From Dehalococcoidia bacterium (GTDB lineage Bacteria > Chloroflexota > Dehalococcoidia > UBA2979), in NCBI GenBank assembly GCA_963667465.2, contig CAXXDN010000002.1, positions 1,840,565 through 1,904,564 of the forward strand: DNA of 64,000 nucleotides, written 5' to 3'. Within the stretch, counting starts at the first letter, position 1. Each line of letters opens with the position of its first letter. Made by a program: the position numbers and the translations under genes. The notes below the pieces were generated by a model. It worked only from the letters and a program-made list of their open reading frames with translations, was not told where the DNA came from and did not search any database. Below are positions 20,805 through 28,901 of this stretch, piece after piece.

Positions 20805-21725
20805 TCAGCCCGATCGCGCGGGCCCGAGCAGGGCTGCGCCGGCCCAGAGCCGCGCGATCGCGCTCAGCTTCTCGAAGCCGTTCAGGCCCACCCGCTCGTT
20901 GAGCACGTCGTAGCCGCGCGCCTCGATGCGCTTGAGCAGCTCGAAGTAGACGCCCTGCAGCACGTTCACGCACATCCGCGAACGCACATCGAGCAGCGGC
21001 AGCAGCCCTCGGCCCAGGCGGAAGTAGTGGTGCGCGCGCTGACCCTGCGCCGCCATCAGCGAGACGAAGCGGTGGTCGTAGCGGCAGGCGAGGATGTCGG
21101 CGGCGGTCAGGCCGTGCGCGCTCAGCTCATCGGCGGGGAAGTAGACACGTCCGCGCGCGGCATCCTCCTTCACATCGCGCATGATGTTCACGATCTGCAG
21201 CCCCAGGCCCATGCTCGCCGCGAACTCCCCGCCGCGCGGGTGCGGCCTGGCCCCGAAGACCGAGACGCAGATGTGCCCGACCATCGAGGCGACGCGGTAG
21301 CAGTACTGCTGCAGGTCCGCCCAGGTCTCGTAACGGTTGATGGTAAAGTCCATCTCCACCCCGTTGACCAGCTCCTCGAAGTGCTCGCGCGGCGTCCCGA
21401 AGCGGTCGATGGCGTCTCCGAGCGCGATGAACAGCGGGCCCCGGCGCGCGCCCTCGTAACAGGCCTCGAGGCGCGCCCGCGCCCGTGCGATCTCCTCCTC
21501 CTGGCGCGACCGCTCGGTCAGCTCGTCGGCGATGTCGTCCACGTAGCCGCTGAAGGCGTAGGCGGCGTAGATCGCGTTTCGCTTCCGGGCGGGAAGAATC
21601 GTGAAGGCGTAGTAGAAGTTGGAGGCGCGCGCCTTCGTGAAGGCGCGGCACCAGGCGTAGGCGTCTTCCGGGGTGAAGCGCTCGTCGCCGTGCGCTTCCA
21701 GTTCCGTCAGGACATCGAACGCCAC
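20805..21725 (-). CDS. hpnD: Presqualene diphosphate synthase HpnD (phytoene/squalene synthase family)
   Basis: SNFYYAF, DDIADE, YCYRVAS, NIMRDVKED. Confidence 0.8.
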   Translation of the reverse strand: MAFDVLTELEAHGDERFTPEDAYAWCRAFTKARASNFYYAFTILPARKRNAIYAAYAFSGYVDDIADELTERSRQEEEIARARARLEACYEGARRGPLFIALGDAIDRFGTPREHFEELVNGVEMDFTINRYETWADLQQYCYRVASMVGHICVSVFGARPHPRGGEFAASMGLGLQIVNIMRDVKEDAARGRVYFPADELSAHGLTAADILACRYDHRFVSLMAAQGQRAHHYFRLGRGLLPLLDVRSRMCVNVLQGVYFELLKRIEARGYDVLNERVGLNGFEKLSAIARLWAGAALLGPARSG

Positions 21726-21746
21726 GCCGCCCTCCTCTCCGCGCGA

Positions 21747-22634
21747 TCAGATCCGCAGCGCGACGCGCAGACCGTGCACGATCGCGAGGCGCAGCTTCAC
21801 GGCGCGCGTCACGCGAGGCCGCGCACTGAGCGTGTCGTAGCCGGCGCGCTCGATCGCATCGAGGATCGCCTCGCCGCCCAGGCGGAAGAGCCGGATGTCG
21901 GTGCGCACGGAGCGCGGGACGAGCGCCTCGAGGGCGCTGCCCTCGGCGAAGAGCGCCCGTGCGCGCTCCACCTGGAAGCGCATCAGCTCCCGGAAGTTCT
22001 CGTCAAACCGCCCCTGGATGATCTGAGCGTCGTCGCAGCCGAAGCGGCGCAGGTCCTCCTGCGGCAGGTAGCTGCGCCCCTTCCCGATGTCGACCGAGAC
22101 GTCCTGCCAGAAGTTCGCGAGTTGCAGTCCGATGCAGGTCGCGTCGGAGAGCGCGACGCGCTCGGCGTCCTGGTAGCCGAGGACAGCGAGCACCATCCGG
22201 CCCACCGGCGTGGCGGAGTAGCTGCAGTAGTCGAGCACGTCGTCGTAGGTCTCGAAGCGGGAGACGCGCTGGTCGATGCGGTTTGCCTCGATCAGGCGCA
22301 GGAACGGGTCGAGCGGGATCGCGCGGTCCTCGATGGTGCGCGCGAGGGCCGTCAGCAGTGGACGCGCCGGCTCGCCCGCGACGGTCTCGCGCAACTCGCG
22401 CTCCCACTCGTCGAGGAGGGCGAGACGGTCGCCCTCCACCTCGTCGCCGAGGTCGTCGGTGTAGCGGCAGAAGGCGTAGACGGCGAAGAAGTGCGGGCGC
22501 AGCTTGCGCGGGAGGAACCACGAGACGACGGTGAAGTTCTCGCCGTGGCTGCGCGCGTAGCGCTCGCACCAGCGGTACGCCTCGCGTGGGTCCGCGCGCC
22601 CGTCCCGCAGCCGTTCGCCGGTGTTCGCGCTCAT
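21747..22634 (-). CDS. hpnC: Squalene synthase HpnC
   Basis: HGENFTVVS, DDLGDE, QLANFWQDV; start estimated. Confidence 0.88.
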   Translation of the reverse strand: MSANTGERLRDGRADPREAYRWCERYARSHGENFTVVSWFLPRKLRPHFFAVYAFCRYTDDLGDEVEGDRLALLDEWERELRETVAGEPARPLLTALARTIEDRAIPLDPFLRLIEANRIDQRVSRFETYDDVLDYCSYSATPVGRMVLAVLGYQDAERVALSDATCIGLQLANFWQDVSVDIGKGRSYLPQEDLRRFGCDDAQIIQGRFDENFRELMRFQVERARALFAEGSALEALVPRSVRTDIRLFRLGGEAILDAIERAGYDTLSARPRVTRAVKLRLAIVHGLRVALRI

Positions 22635-22752
22635 CGCGGGTGGTCCGTTCGCGACGGCCGAGGCAGCGCCCCCGGCCCGTCCGGCATTCGTGATGGCCTG
22701 TGCGGACAGGGTATCAAGTCTCAGCTCAGACCTGTCGCGAGAGCCCGGCGGC

Positions 22753-23244
22753 TCAGACCGCGTCGCGCAGGTACGCGGTCGCGAGGGCGTCGGCGTACTC
22801 GTTCCAGCGTGCGCCGTCGTGCGCGCGAATCCAGCGGATCCGGACATGCGGCCGCGCCTGCGTGAGCGCCCAGGCGCGCTGCACGAGGTCGAGGTTCTTG
22901 ACCGGGCCGGCGCGGCGCTTCCAGCCGCGGCGCTCCCAGCCGGCGGCCCACTCGTTCAGCGTCCGCACCACAAGGTCGCTGTCGCTGTAGACGTCTTCCG
23001 CCTCGGCCGGGTCGATCAGCTCGAGGCCGGCGATCATCGCTTCGAGCTCCATGCGGTTGTTGGTCGTGGAGGGATGCGAGCCGTGGCGCTCGTCGAGGAT
23101 CACGCCGTCGCGCACGCGGACCGCGCCCCAGCCGCCGGGGCCGGGGTTGCCGTAGCAGGAGCCGTCCGTGAAGACGCCGCTGCCCGGTCCCGCACTGAAC
23201 CGGGCGAGCACCTGTTGCGTGGTCATGAAGCCGTCGCGCGGCAT
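22753..23244 (-). CDS. rnhA: Ribonuclease HI
   Basis: TDGSCYGNPGPGGWG, TNNRMEL, VKNLDL, NEYADALA. Confidence 0.93.
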   Translation of the reverse strand: MPRDGFMTTQQVLARFSAGPGSGVFTDGSCYGNPGPGGWGAVRVRDGVILDERHGSHPSTTNNRMELEAMIAGLELIDPAEAEDVYSDSDLVVRTLNEWAAGWERRGWKRRAGPVKNLDLVQRAWALTQARPHVRIRWIRAHDGARWNEYADALATAYLRDAV

Positions 23245-23284
23245 CGCTGCTCCCTTGTCCCGCCCGCTCGCATCCGCGAGCCGG

Positions 23285-24829
23285 CTACTGCACGGCGATC
23301 CCGTTGTAGAGCATCACGGGATCTCCCTGGAAGACATCGCTCTCGAGGTTGGCGATGACGATGATCGGGCGGTCCGCGATCACGACCGCACCGCCGACCC
23401 AGCCGTCGGGCAGGGTCGAGTCCTCCCACTGGCGCAGCGTGCGGAAGTGATTGACGGTTGCGCCCGGGGAGAGCCGCCCCGTGGGGAAGTGGCTGGAGAA
23501 GTAGAGCACGTTGACGCGCGCGCGGGAACCATCGAAGGCGACCACCCGGAACCACGAGTTCCAGCCATTGAAGCCGCCCCAGGGGCCGAAGTTCTTGTTG
23601 AGCACCGGCAGCACGATCTCGCGCGCGGCCTCGGCGGCCGTGAAGCCGCGGTAGTCGGCGAGCGCCCCGTCGGCCGAGCGGCGCTGTGCGACCACGGCAA
23701 TCGGGTACTCGGCGCGGATCCGCACCGTCCCGAAGAACGTCTCGGGCAGCGAGACGTCATCCGGCAGGCACCCGGCGATACCGTCGTAACGCTGGTCACA
23801 GGTCAGCACCGAGAGGACCGTCAACTCGTGCTCGATCTCGATCTCGTCGCCCTCGGCGTTGTGGCCGGCGAAGAGGAGCTGCAGCTCGTTGGGCACCGGC
23901 GGGATGCTGTTGAAGATCCGGAAGCGCGTCGTCCAGGTGGTCTGGCCCTCGCTGGCGTTGCGGTCGACGATCGGGAGCACCACGTCGCGGCTCATCTCGG
24001 TGTAGTCGATGCCGCGGTAGGTCGCGAGGCCCGGTCCCTCGCGTTCGCGCGTGTCGACCACCATCGCCGGCAGTTGATCCTGCGCGGGCACGCCCGACCC
24101 CGTCGTGAGGCCCTGGACCACGGCCGAGCCGTCGAAGCCCTCCGGCACCGGCAGGCTGTGCTCGTCGCGCAGCAGCGTGCCGCGTGGCGGGACCAGGGCG
24201 CCCCCGCGCGGGCAGCCCTCCGTGGCCCCGGGAGGATCGATGGTGGTCGGCCGGGTCGCGCCCTCGTCGTAGTAGACGAGCTGGAAGCAGGCCTCGAGGG
24301 TGTCGCTGGTGTTCTCGACGGAGATGCGGGAGACGTACTCGGCGGTGCGCTGGACGACGGGCGCGAAGTGCGTCGCGCTCCCCGGTGCGAGGCTGAGCGC
24401 GTCTCCGCCGATCCGGAACAGCCCGTCCTGGAAGACGTCGCGGGCGAGCAGGGCGACGAAGGGCTGATCGACCGTAACCACGGCGGAGCCGCGATAGCCC
24501 TCGTCCAGGGGTGCGTAGCCCTGCTGGAAGAACGACCAGCCGTCGCCGGGCGCCAGCGCGTCGCACTCGCCGCTGCGTGGGCAGCGGTCGCTGCCCATCA
24601 AGTCCCCGCCGAGGTCAAAGAACTGGACCTCGATGGTGGCGGCGCGCCGTCCGATGTTCTGGACGCGCAACCAGGAGTTCTCTTCGCCGAGGTCGAGCGG
24701 GTCGGCCTCGCTCCGGGGAGCGTCGGCGAGGGACGCGAGGGCGAACGCGGCGGCGAGCAGCGCCAGCAGCGCGAGCGGCCGCAGGCGCGGAGGCGCGGGG
24801 AACCAGAAGCGCACAGGCGCGCCCTCCAT
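23285..24829 (-). CDS. Secreted hypothetical beta-rich protein
   Basis: Signal-like LALLALLAAAFALA; internal repeats of xVQN/xEN...GSAVV type; start uncertain. Confidence 0.6.
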   Translation of the reverse strand: MEGAPVRFWFPAPPRLRPLALLALLAAAFALASLADAPRSEADPLDLGEENSWLRVQNIGRRAATIEVQFFDLGGDLMGSDRCPRSGECDALAPGDGWSFFQQGYAPLDEGYRGSAVVTVDQPFVALLARDVFQDGLFRIGGDALSLAPGSATHFAPVVQRTAEYVSRISVENTSDTLEACFQLVYYDEGATRPTTIDPPGATEGCPRGGALVPPRGTLLRDEHSLPVPEGFDGSAVVQGLTTGSGVPAQDQLPAMVVDTREREGPGLATYRGIDYTEMSRDVVLPIVDRNASEGQTTWTTRFRIFNSIPPVPNELQLLFAGHNAEGDEIEIEHELTVLSVLTCDQRYDGIAGCLPDDVSLPETFFGTVRIRAEYPIAVVAQRRSADGALADYRGFTAAEAAREIVLPVLNKNFGPWGGFNGWNSWFRVVAFDGSRARVNVLYFSSHFPTGRLSPGATVNHFRTLRQWEDSTLPDGWVGGAVVIADRPIIVIANLESDVFQGDPVMLYNGIAVQ

Positions 24830-24950
24830 CCCGCCACCAGAGATGATACGGGAGAGCGCAGACCTCCGCGCACGGCACGCTTCAGGCCGGCGGCGTGATG
24901 CTCGCTCCAACAATAGCCACCAAGTTATACTAATGCCAGGAGGTACTACC

Positions 24951-25226
24951 ATGGCCTACGTGGTTGGATCCAAGGGCCAGGTCGTGATCGCGAAGGACAT
25001 TCGCGACCGGCTCGGAATCGGCCCCGGGTGGGTCGCGATGCAGCGCGTTACCGACGACCATGTCGAGATGCACTTCCTGCCTCCCGACCACAACGAGTCC
25101 CTGAAGGGCAGCCTCGCCGCCTACGTGCGCCGCGAATCACGTCCCGACGATTGGGACGGAGCGAGGGACCGAGCCTGGCGCTATGCCGCGGAGGAGCGTG
25201 AACGCGAGCCTGACCCGTCCCGGTGA
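24951..25226 (+). CDS. AbrB/MazE-family antitoxin
   Basis: VGSKGQVVIAKDIRDRLGIGPG; RBS AGGAGGT. Confidence 0.88.
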   Translation: MAYVVGSKGQVVIAKDIRDRLGIGPGWVAMQRVTDDHVEMHFLPPDHNESLKGSLAAYVRRESRPDDWDGARDRAWRYAAEEREREPDPSR

Positions 25227-25633
25227 GCGCGCTGCTCGACACGTCGATGCTCGTTCGGTATCTCACCGGAGATCCGCCTGACCTCGCCGATGTCAGCGCG
25301 CGGGTGATCGACGGCGAGGATTCGCTGCTGATCACGGATGTCGTGCTCGTGGAGGCAGCGTACGTGCTCCGCTCCGAATACGATGTGCCGAGGCAAGCTA
25401 TCGTCGATCAGCTGATTGCCCTGCTCCGGAAGGCGAATATCGAGACCTTCCGGCTGGACAAGCACCTCGTGATCGAGGCGCTGTTCCTGTGCCGGCCGTC
25501 GGGCCGCGTCTCCTTTGGCGATGCGCTGATCTGGGCAACTGCGCGGTCGGAGCCGGATCCGATTGTCTACTCGCTCGATCGCCGTTTTCCGGACGAGGGG
25601 ATCACAGTTCTGCAATCGGCTGCGGGTCGGTAG
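25223..25633 (+). CDS. PIN-domain (VapC-like) toxin
   Basis: LLDTSMLVRYL, VEAAYVL, SFGDALI, SLDRRF; overlaps antitoxin stop (GTGA). Confidence 0.88.
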   Translation: MSALLDTSMLVRYLTGDPPDLADVSARVIDGEDSLLITDVVLVEAAYVLRSEYDVPRQAIVDQLIALLRKANIETFRLDKHLVIEALFLCRPSGRVSFGDALIWATARSEPDPIVYSLDRRFPDEGITVLQSAAGR

Positions 25634-25726
25634 CCGAAGGAAGAGACCGCCCCTCGCGGGATCGGGAACTCGACGCCCGGATCAGGGCGGTGCTACGATC
25701 GTGGTCCTGGCGCTTCGCGGCGCCGT

Positions 25727-25803
25727 CGGGGTGTAGCTCAGCTTGGCAGAGCGCGTCGTTCGGGACGACGAGGTCCGCAGTTCAAATCTGCGCACCCCGA
25801 CCA
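25727..25803 (+). tRNA. tRNA-Pro(CGG)
   Basis: CGGGGTG...CACCCCG-ACCA acceptor stem; anticodon arm CGTCG-TTCGGGA-CGACG; T-loop TTCAAAT. Confidence 0.95.
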
Positions 25804-25906
25804 TCCAACTCATCCGCTCCGCCGCCGGGGCGGCCCACAGGCTGTTCCAGACGCGGGCGCTGCCCGTGGCGCCACGGGCAGCGCCCCGGCTACGAGAGAA
25901 CCAGCC

Positions 25907-26650
25907 GTGACCGCACCCCCCGCCGCCGACCGCACGCGCCGACCCCGGATCCTGGTCACGCGCGCCGAGGAGGTACCCGGCGAGCGCTGGGATGACTACG
26001 CCGATCGCCTCGAGGCAGCAGGCGCGGATTGGGAGGCGCTCGACCTCGAGGACTGGCAGCCCGGTACGCGCATCGAAGACTACGACGGTTTGATCATCAG
26101 CGGCGGGGTCGACGTCGATCCTGCCCGCTACGGCGAGGCGCCCTCCAGCTATGTCACCGCCACGAACGCGGCGCGCGACGAGTTCGAGACCGCCCTGCTG
26201 CTGGACGCCCTCGAGCGCGACCTGCCGGTGCTGGGGATCTGCCGCGGGCACCAACTCCTCAACGTCGCGCACGGCGGCTCGCTGCTGCAGCACATCGCCG
26301 AGCGTGAGCCGCACCGCGCCCGCAGCGGCGAGGGCGGCGCGATCGACTCCGGCTGGCACGACGTCACGCTCGCGGAGGGCTCGCTCCTCGCGGCCCTGTT
26401 CGAGGCGCCCTCGCTGCACGTCAACTCGCGGCACCACCAGGCCGTCACGCTCGACCGCCTCGCGCCGGGTCTGCGCGTGGCAGGCACGACCCCGGACGGC
26501 ATCGTCGAGGCGCTGGAGCGCCCCGACCGGCGCTGGGTGCTCTCCGTGCAGTGGCACCCGGAGCGCGAGGAGGACGCCGCGAGCCAGCGCCCGATCTTCG
26601 AGGCGTTCGTGGAGGCCTGCGCCGCAACGCCGCAACGGGATGCCGGGTGA
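25907..26650 (+). CDS. Gamma-glutamyl-GABA hydrolase-like class I glutamine amidotransferase (peptidase C26)
   Basis: GGVDVDP, LGICRGHQ, VNSRHHQ, VQWHPE. Confidence 0.9.
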   Translation: MTAPPAADRTRRPRILVTRAEEVPGERWDDYADRLEAAGADWEALDLEDWQPGTRIEDYDGLIISGGVDVDPARYGEAPSSYVTATNAARDEFETALLLDALERDLPVLGICRGHQLLNVAHGGSLLQHIAEREPHRARSGEGGAIDSGWHDVTLAEGSLLAALFEAPSLHVNSRHHQAVTLDRLAPGLRVAGTTPDGIVEALERPDRRWVLSVQWHPEREEDAASQRPIFEAFVEACAATPQRDAG

Positions 26651-27120
26651 GCGATTCGGCTGCGGGCTTTCGCTACTTCGCGTACGGCTCCAACCTCAGC
26701 GAGGCGCGGCTGCACGAGAACTGCCCCTCCGCCCGCCTTGAGGCGATCGCGCGACTGCCCGGCTACCGGCTGGCGTTCACGCGCCGCAGCGAGCGCTGGG
26801 GTGGCGGCGTCGCCGACGTCCGCCCCGAGGCCGGCGCCGAGGTCCGGGGCATCGTCTGGCGCATCGCTGACCCGGACGGGGACGCCCTCGATCGACAGGA
26901 GGGTGTGCACGCCACGCCGCCGCGCTACCGGCGGATCGAGGTCGCCGTGACCAACGAAGCCGGCGCAGTCCTCGACTGCCTCGCCTACCAGGTGGTGGAA
27001 CCGCAGGCGGAGCACATCGCGCCGTCGATGGCCTACCTCGCAACGATGTTGCGCGGCGGGCGGGCGGCGGGGTTGCCGCGGGCGTACCTCGCGCGGATCG
27101 AGGCGATCGCGGCCGGCTGA
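26647..27120 (+). CDS. Gamma-glutamylcyclotransferase family protein
   Basis: YFAYGSNL, LDRQEG, PSMAYL. Confidence 0.88.
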   Translation: MSDSAAGFRYFAYGSNLSEARLHENCPSARLEAIARLPGYRLAFTRRSERWGGGVADVRPEAGAEVRGIVWRIADPDGDALDRQEGVHATPPRYRRIEVAVTNEAGAVLDCLAYQVVEPQAEHIAPSMAYLATMLRGGRAAGLPRAYLARIEAIAAG

Positions 27121-27124
27121 CGGG
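27080..27124 (+). repeat. 45-bp direct repeat, copy 1 (3' end of GGCT gene)
   Basis: GGGCGTACCTCGCGCGGATCGAGGCGATCGCGGCCGGCTGACGGG, identical at 28775-28819. Confidence 0.9.
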
Positions 27125-27160
27125 CGCGAGGGTGGACTGCGGCGAACGGATAATCTAAAG

Positions 27161-28186
27161 TTGTCTCGCCGAAGGCTCTCCCCGCCACGACTCGGCGAGT
27201 GCGTGCCACGTCCTTCGATTGCTCGTTCCGCGGAACAGGTCGCTGCACCGGAGATCCACCCGCCCACATTGGCGGTCGGCTCCTCGTCGTCGTTCAGCGC
27301 GTACGAAATCCACCACGCGGACGCCTTTCGCTGGCTCACCCACGCCGAACCGAACTCTATCGAGGCGGTAGTCACGGACCCGCCGTACGGGGTGGTGGAG
27401 TACACCCCCGCACAACTCGCGAAGCGGCGGAACGGCAACGGCGGAGTGTGGCGCATCCCACCGGCGTTCGACGGTGCGAAGAGGCAGCCGCTGCCTCGCT
27501 TCACCGCACTCGGCGAACGTGAGCGCCGCGCGATCCCGCGCTTCTTCGAGCGCCTCGCTGGACTCCTCTTCCGTGTCGTTGTGCCTGGCGCCCACGTCTT
27601 CATCGCTACGAACCCGGTGGTGTCCCATCTCGTCTACGAACCGTTCGTCGGCGCAGGCTTCGAGAAGCGCGGCGAGATCGTGCGCATCGTGAAGACCCTG
27701 CGCGGCGGCGATCGCCCGAAGAACGCGCACGAGGAGTTCCCGGACGTCAGCGTGATGCCGCGGTCAAGCTGGGAGCCGTGGGGCCTGTTCCGCAAACCGC
27801 TCGAGGGCCGCGTACAGGACAACCTGCGTAAGTGGGGTACGGGGGGTCTCCGGCGAACCTCGGCTCAGGCGCCGTTCCGGGATGTCCTCGAGTGCGCCCC
27901 GGCCCGTGGACGGGAACGAGCGATCGCCCCGCATCCGTCACTCAAGCCGCAGTTGCTCATGCGCCAGCTCGTGCGGGCCTCGCTCCCCCTCGGCGAGGGC
28001 GTCGTCCTCGACCCGTTCATGGGGTCGGGCGCAACTATTGCGGCTGCTACCGCGCTCGGCATCCCCTCGGTCGGTATCGAAGTCGATGCGGAGTTCTTCC
28101 GGCTCGCGGAGGAGGCCATCCCGAAGCTGGCAGCGCTGCATCCACAACAACCGCTGGAACCCGATGCGACCACAAGAATTCGATAG
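27161..28186 (+). CDS. N4/N6 DNA methyltransferase (beta-class motif order)
   Basis: VTDPPY precedes HPSLKP and VLDPFMGSG; start uncertain. Confidence 0.9.
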   Translation: MSRRRLSPPRLGECVPRPSIARSAEQVAAPEIHPPTLAVGSSSSFSAYEIHHADAFRWLTHAEPNSIEAVVTDPPYGVVEYTPAQLAKRRNGNGGVWRIPPAFDGAKRQPLPRFTALGERERRAIPRFFERLAGLLFRVVVPGAHVFIATNPVVSHLVYEPFVGAGFEKRGEIVRIVKTLRGGDRPKNAHEEFPDVSVMPRSSWEPWGLFRKPLEGRVQDNLRKWGTGGLRRTSAQAPFRDVLECAPARGRERAIAPHPSLKPQLLMRQLVRASLPLGEGVVLDPFMGSGATIAAATALGIPSVGIEVDAEFFRLAEEAIPKLAALHPQQPLEPDATTRIR

Positions 28187-28769
28187 CACAGTCGCCCGGC
28201 CACCCGGCCTCACGATCGCGGCGATTCGCAGCGCGACCGACTACATCGAGCGCGAGCTCGCTGACCTCCTCGACATCTACTTCGAGCAAGCGAACCTCTT
28301 CAGCGGCCTGGTCGGCATCTACGGGACACGAGCACTCGACATCCACAGCGTGTACGAGAAGCACCGCAACCGCGACCTTGCGGCGCAACGATTCCCCGAC
28401 CTCCGCCGCAGAGGCAGCGGCGATGCGCCCCGCCCTGAGGACTCGCTCGAGTCAAAGGCGAGCATCCGCCCGTGGGCGCTGCAAGCGCACTATGACCATC
28501 CAGGCTGGTACATCGTGTGGCGCTACCTCATCGACACCACCGGCACGTACGAGCGCGAGCGGCCAGTGATCGTCTGGCGAATCGATCTCGCGTTCCTGCA
28601 GCAGGGCGACTGGAAGTACGAGGGCAGCGGAGCCGGACCGGAGGGAGGCGGCCGCACGCACACGTTCGGCTTGCACCGGCCCGCGACCAGGTTGCGCGGG
28701 AAGGCAGTGTACGCGCGCTCCGACGTGGTTCTGCGAGGCGGCAAGCCGGGCCCAGCGAACGGCGACTGA
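28164..28769 (+). CDS. Putative type II restriction endonuclease
   Basis: Overlaps MTase end; FPDL...LESKAS fits PD-(D/E)xK. Confidence 0.6.
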   Translation: MRPQEFDSTVARPPGLTIAAIRSATDYIERELADLLDIYFEQANLFSGLVGIYGTRALDIHSVYEKHRNRDLAAQRFPDLRRRGSGDAPRPEDSLESKASIRPWALQAHYDHPGWYIVWRYLIDTTGTYERERPVIVWRIDLAFLQQGDWKYEGSGAGPEGGGRTHTFGLHRPATRLRGKAVYARSDVVLRGGKPGPANGD

Positions 28770-28774
28770 GCCAG

Positions 28775-28819
28775 GGGCGTACCTCGCGCGGATCGAGGCG
28801 ATCGCGGCCGGCTGACGGG
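28775..28819 (+). repeat. 45-bp direct repeat, copy 2
   Basis: Identical to 27080-27124. Confidence 0.9.
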
Positions 28820-28901
28820 AGAGGCGCCGGCGGGTTCCTGCCCACTCGCGCTGGTACAATAAGGATACGGGCGTTCCCGCACTCCCCGTCCGAGGCAGAC
28901 G

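Noticed and set aside
24900-25803. AbrB-PIN module as a tRNA-Pro-integrated island
   Set aside because: It lies upstream of the tRNA, and I found no duplicated tRNA end or flanking direct repeat. The Phd-VapC module at 34573-35280 also lacks one.
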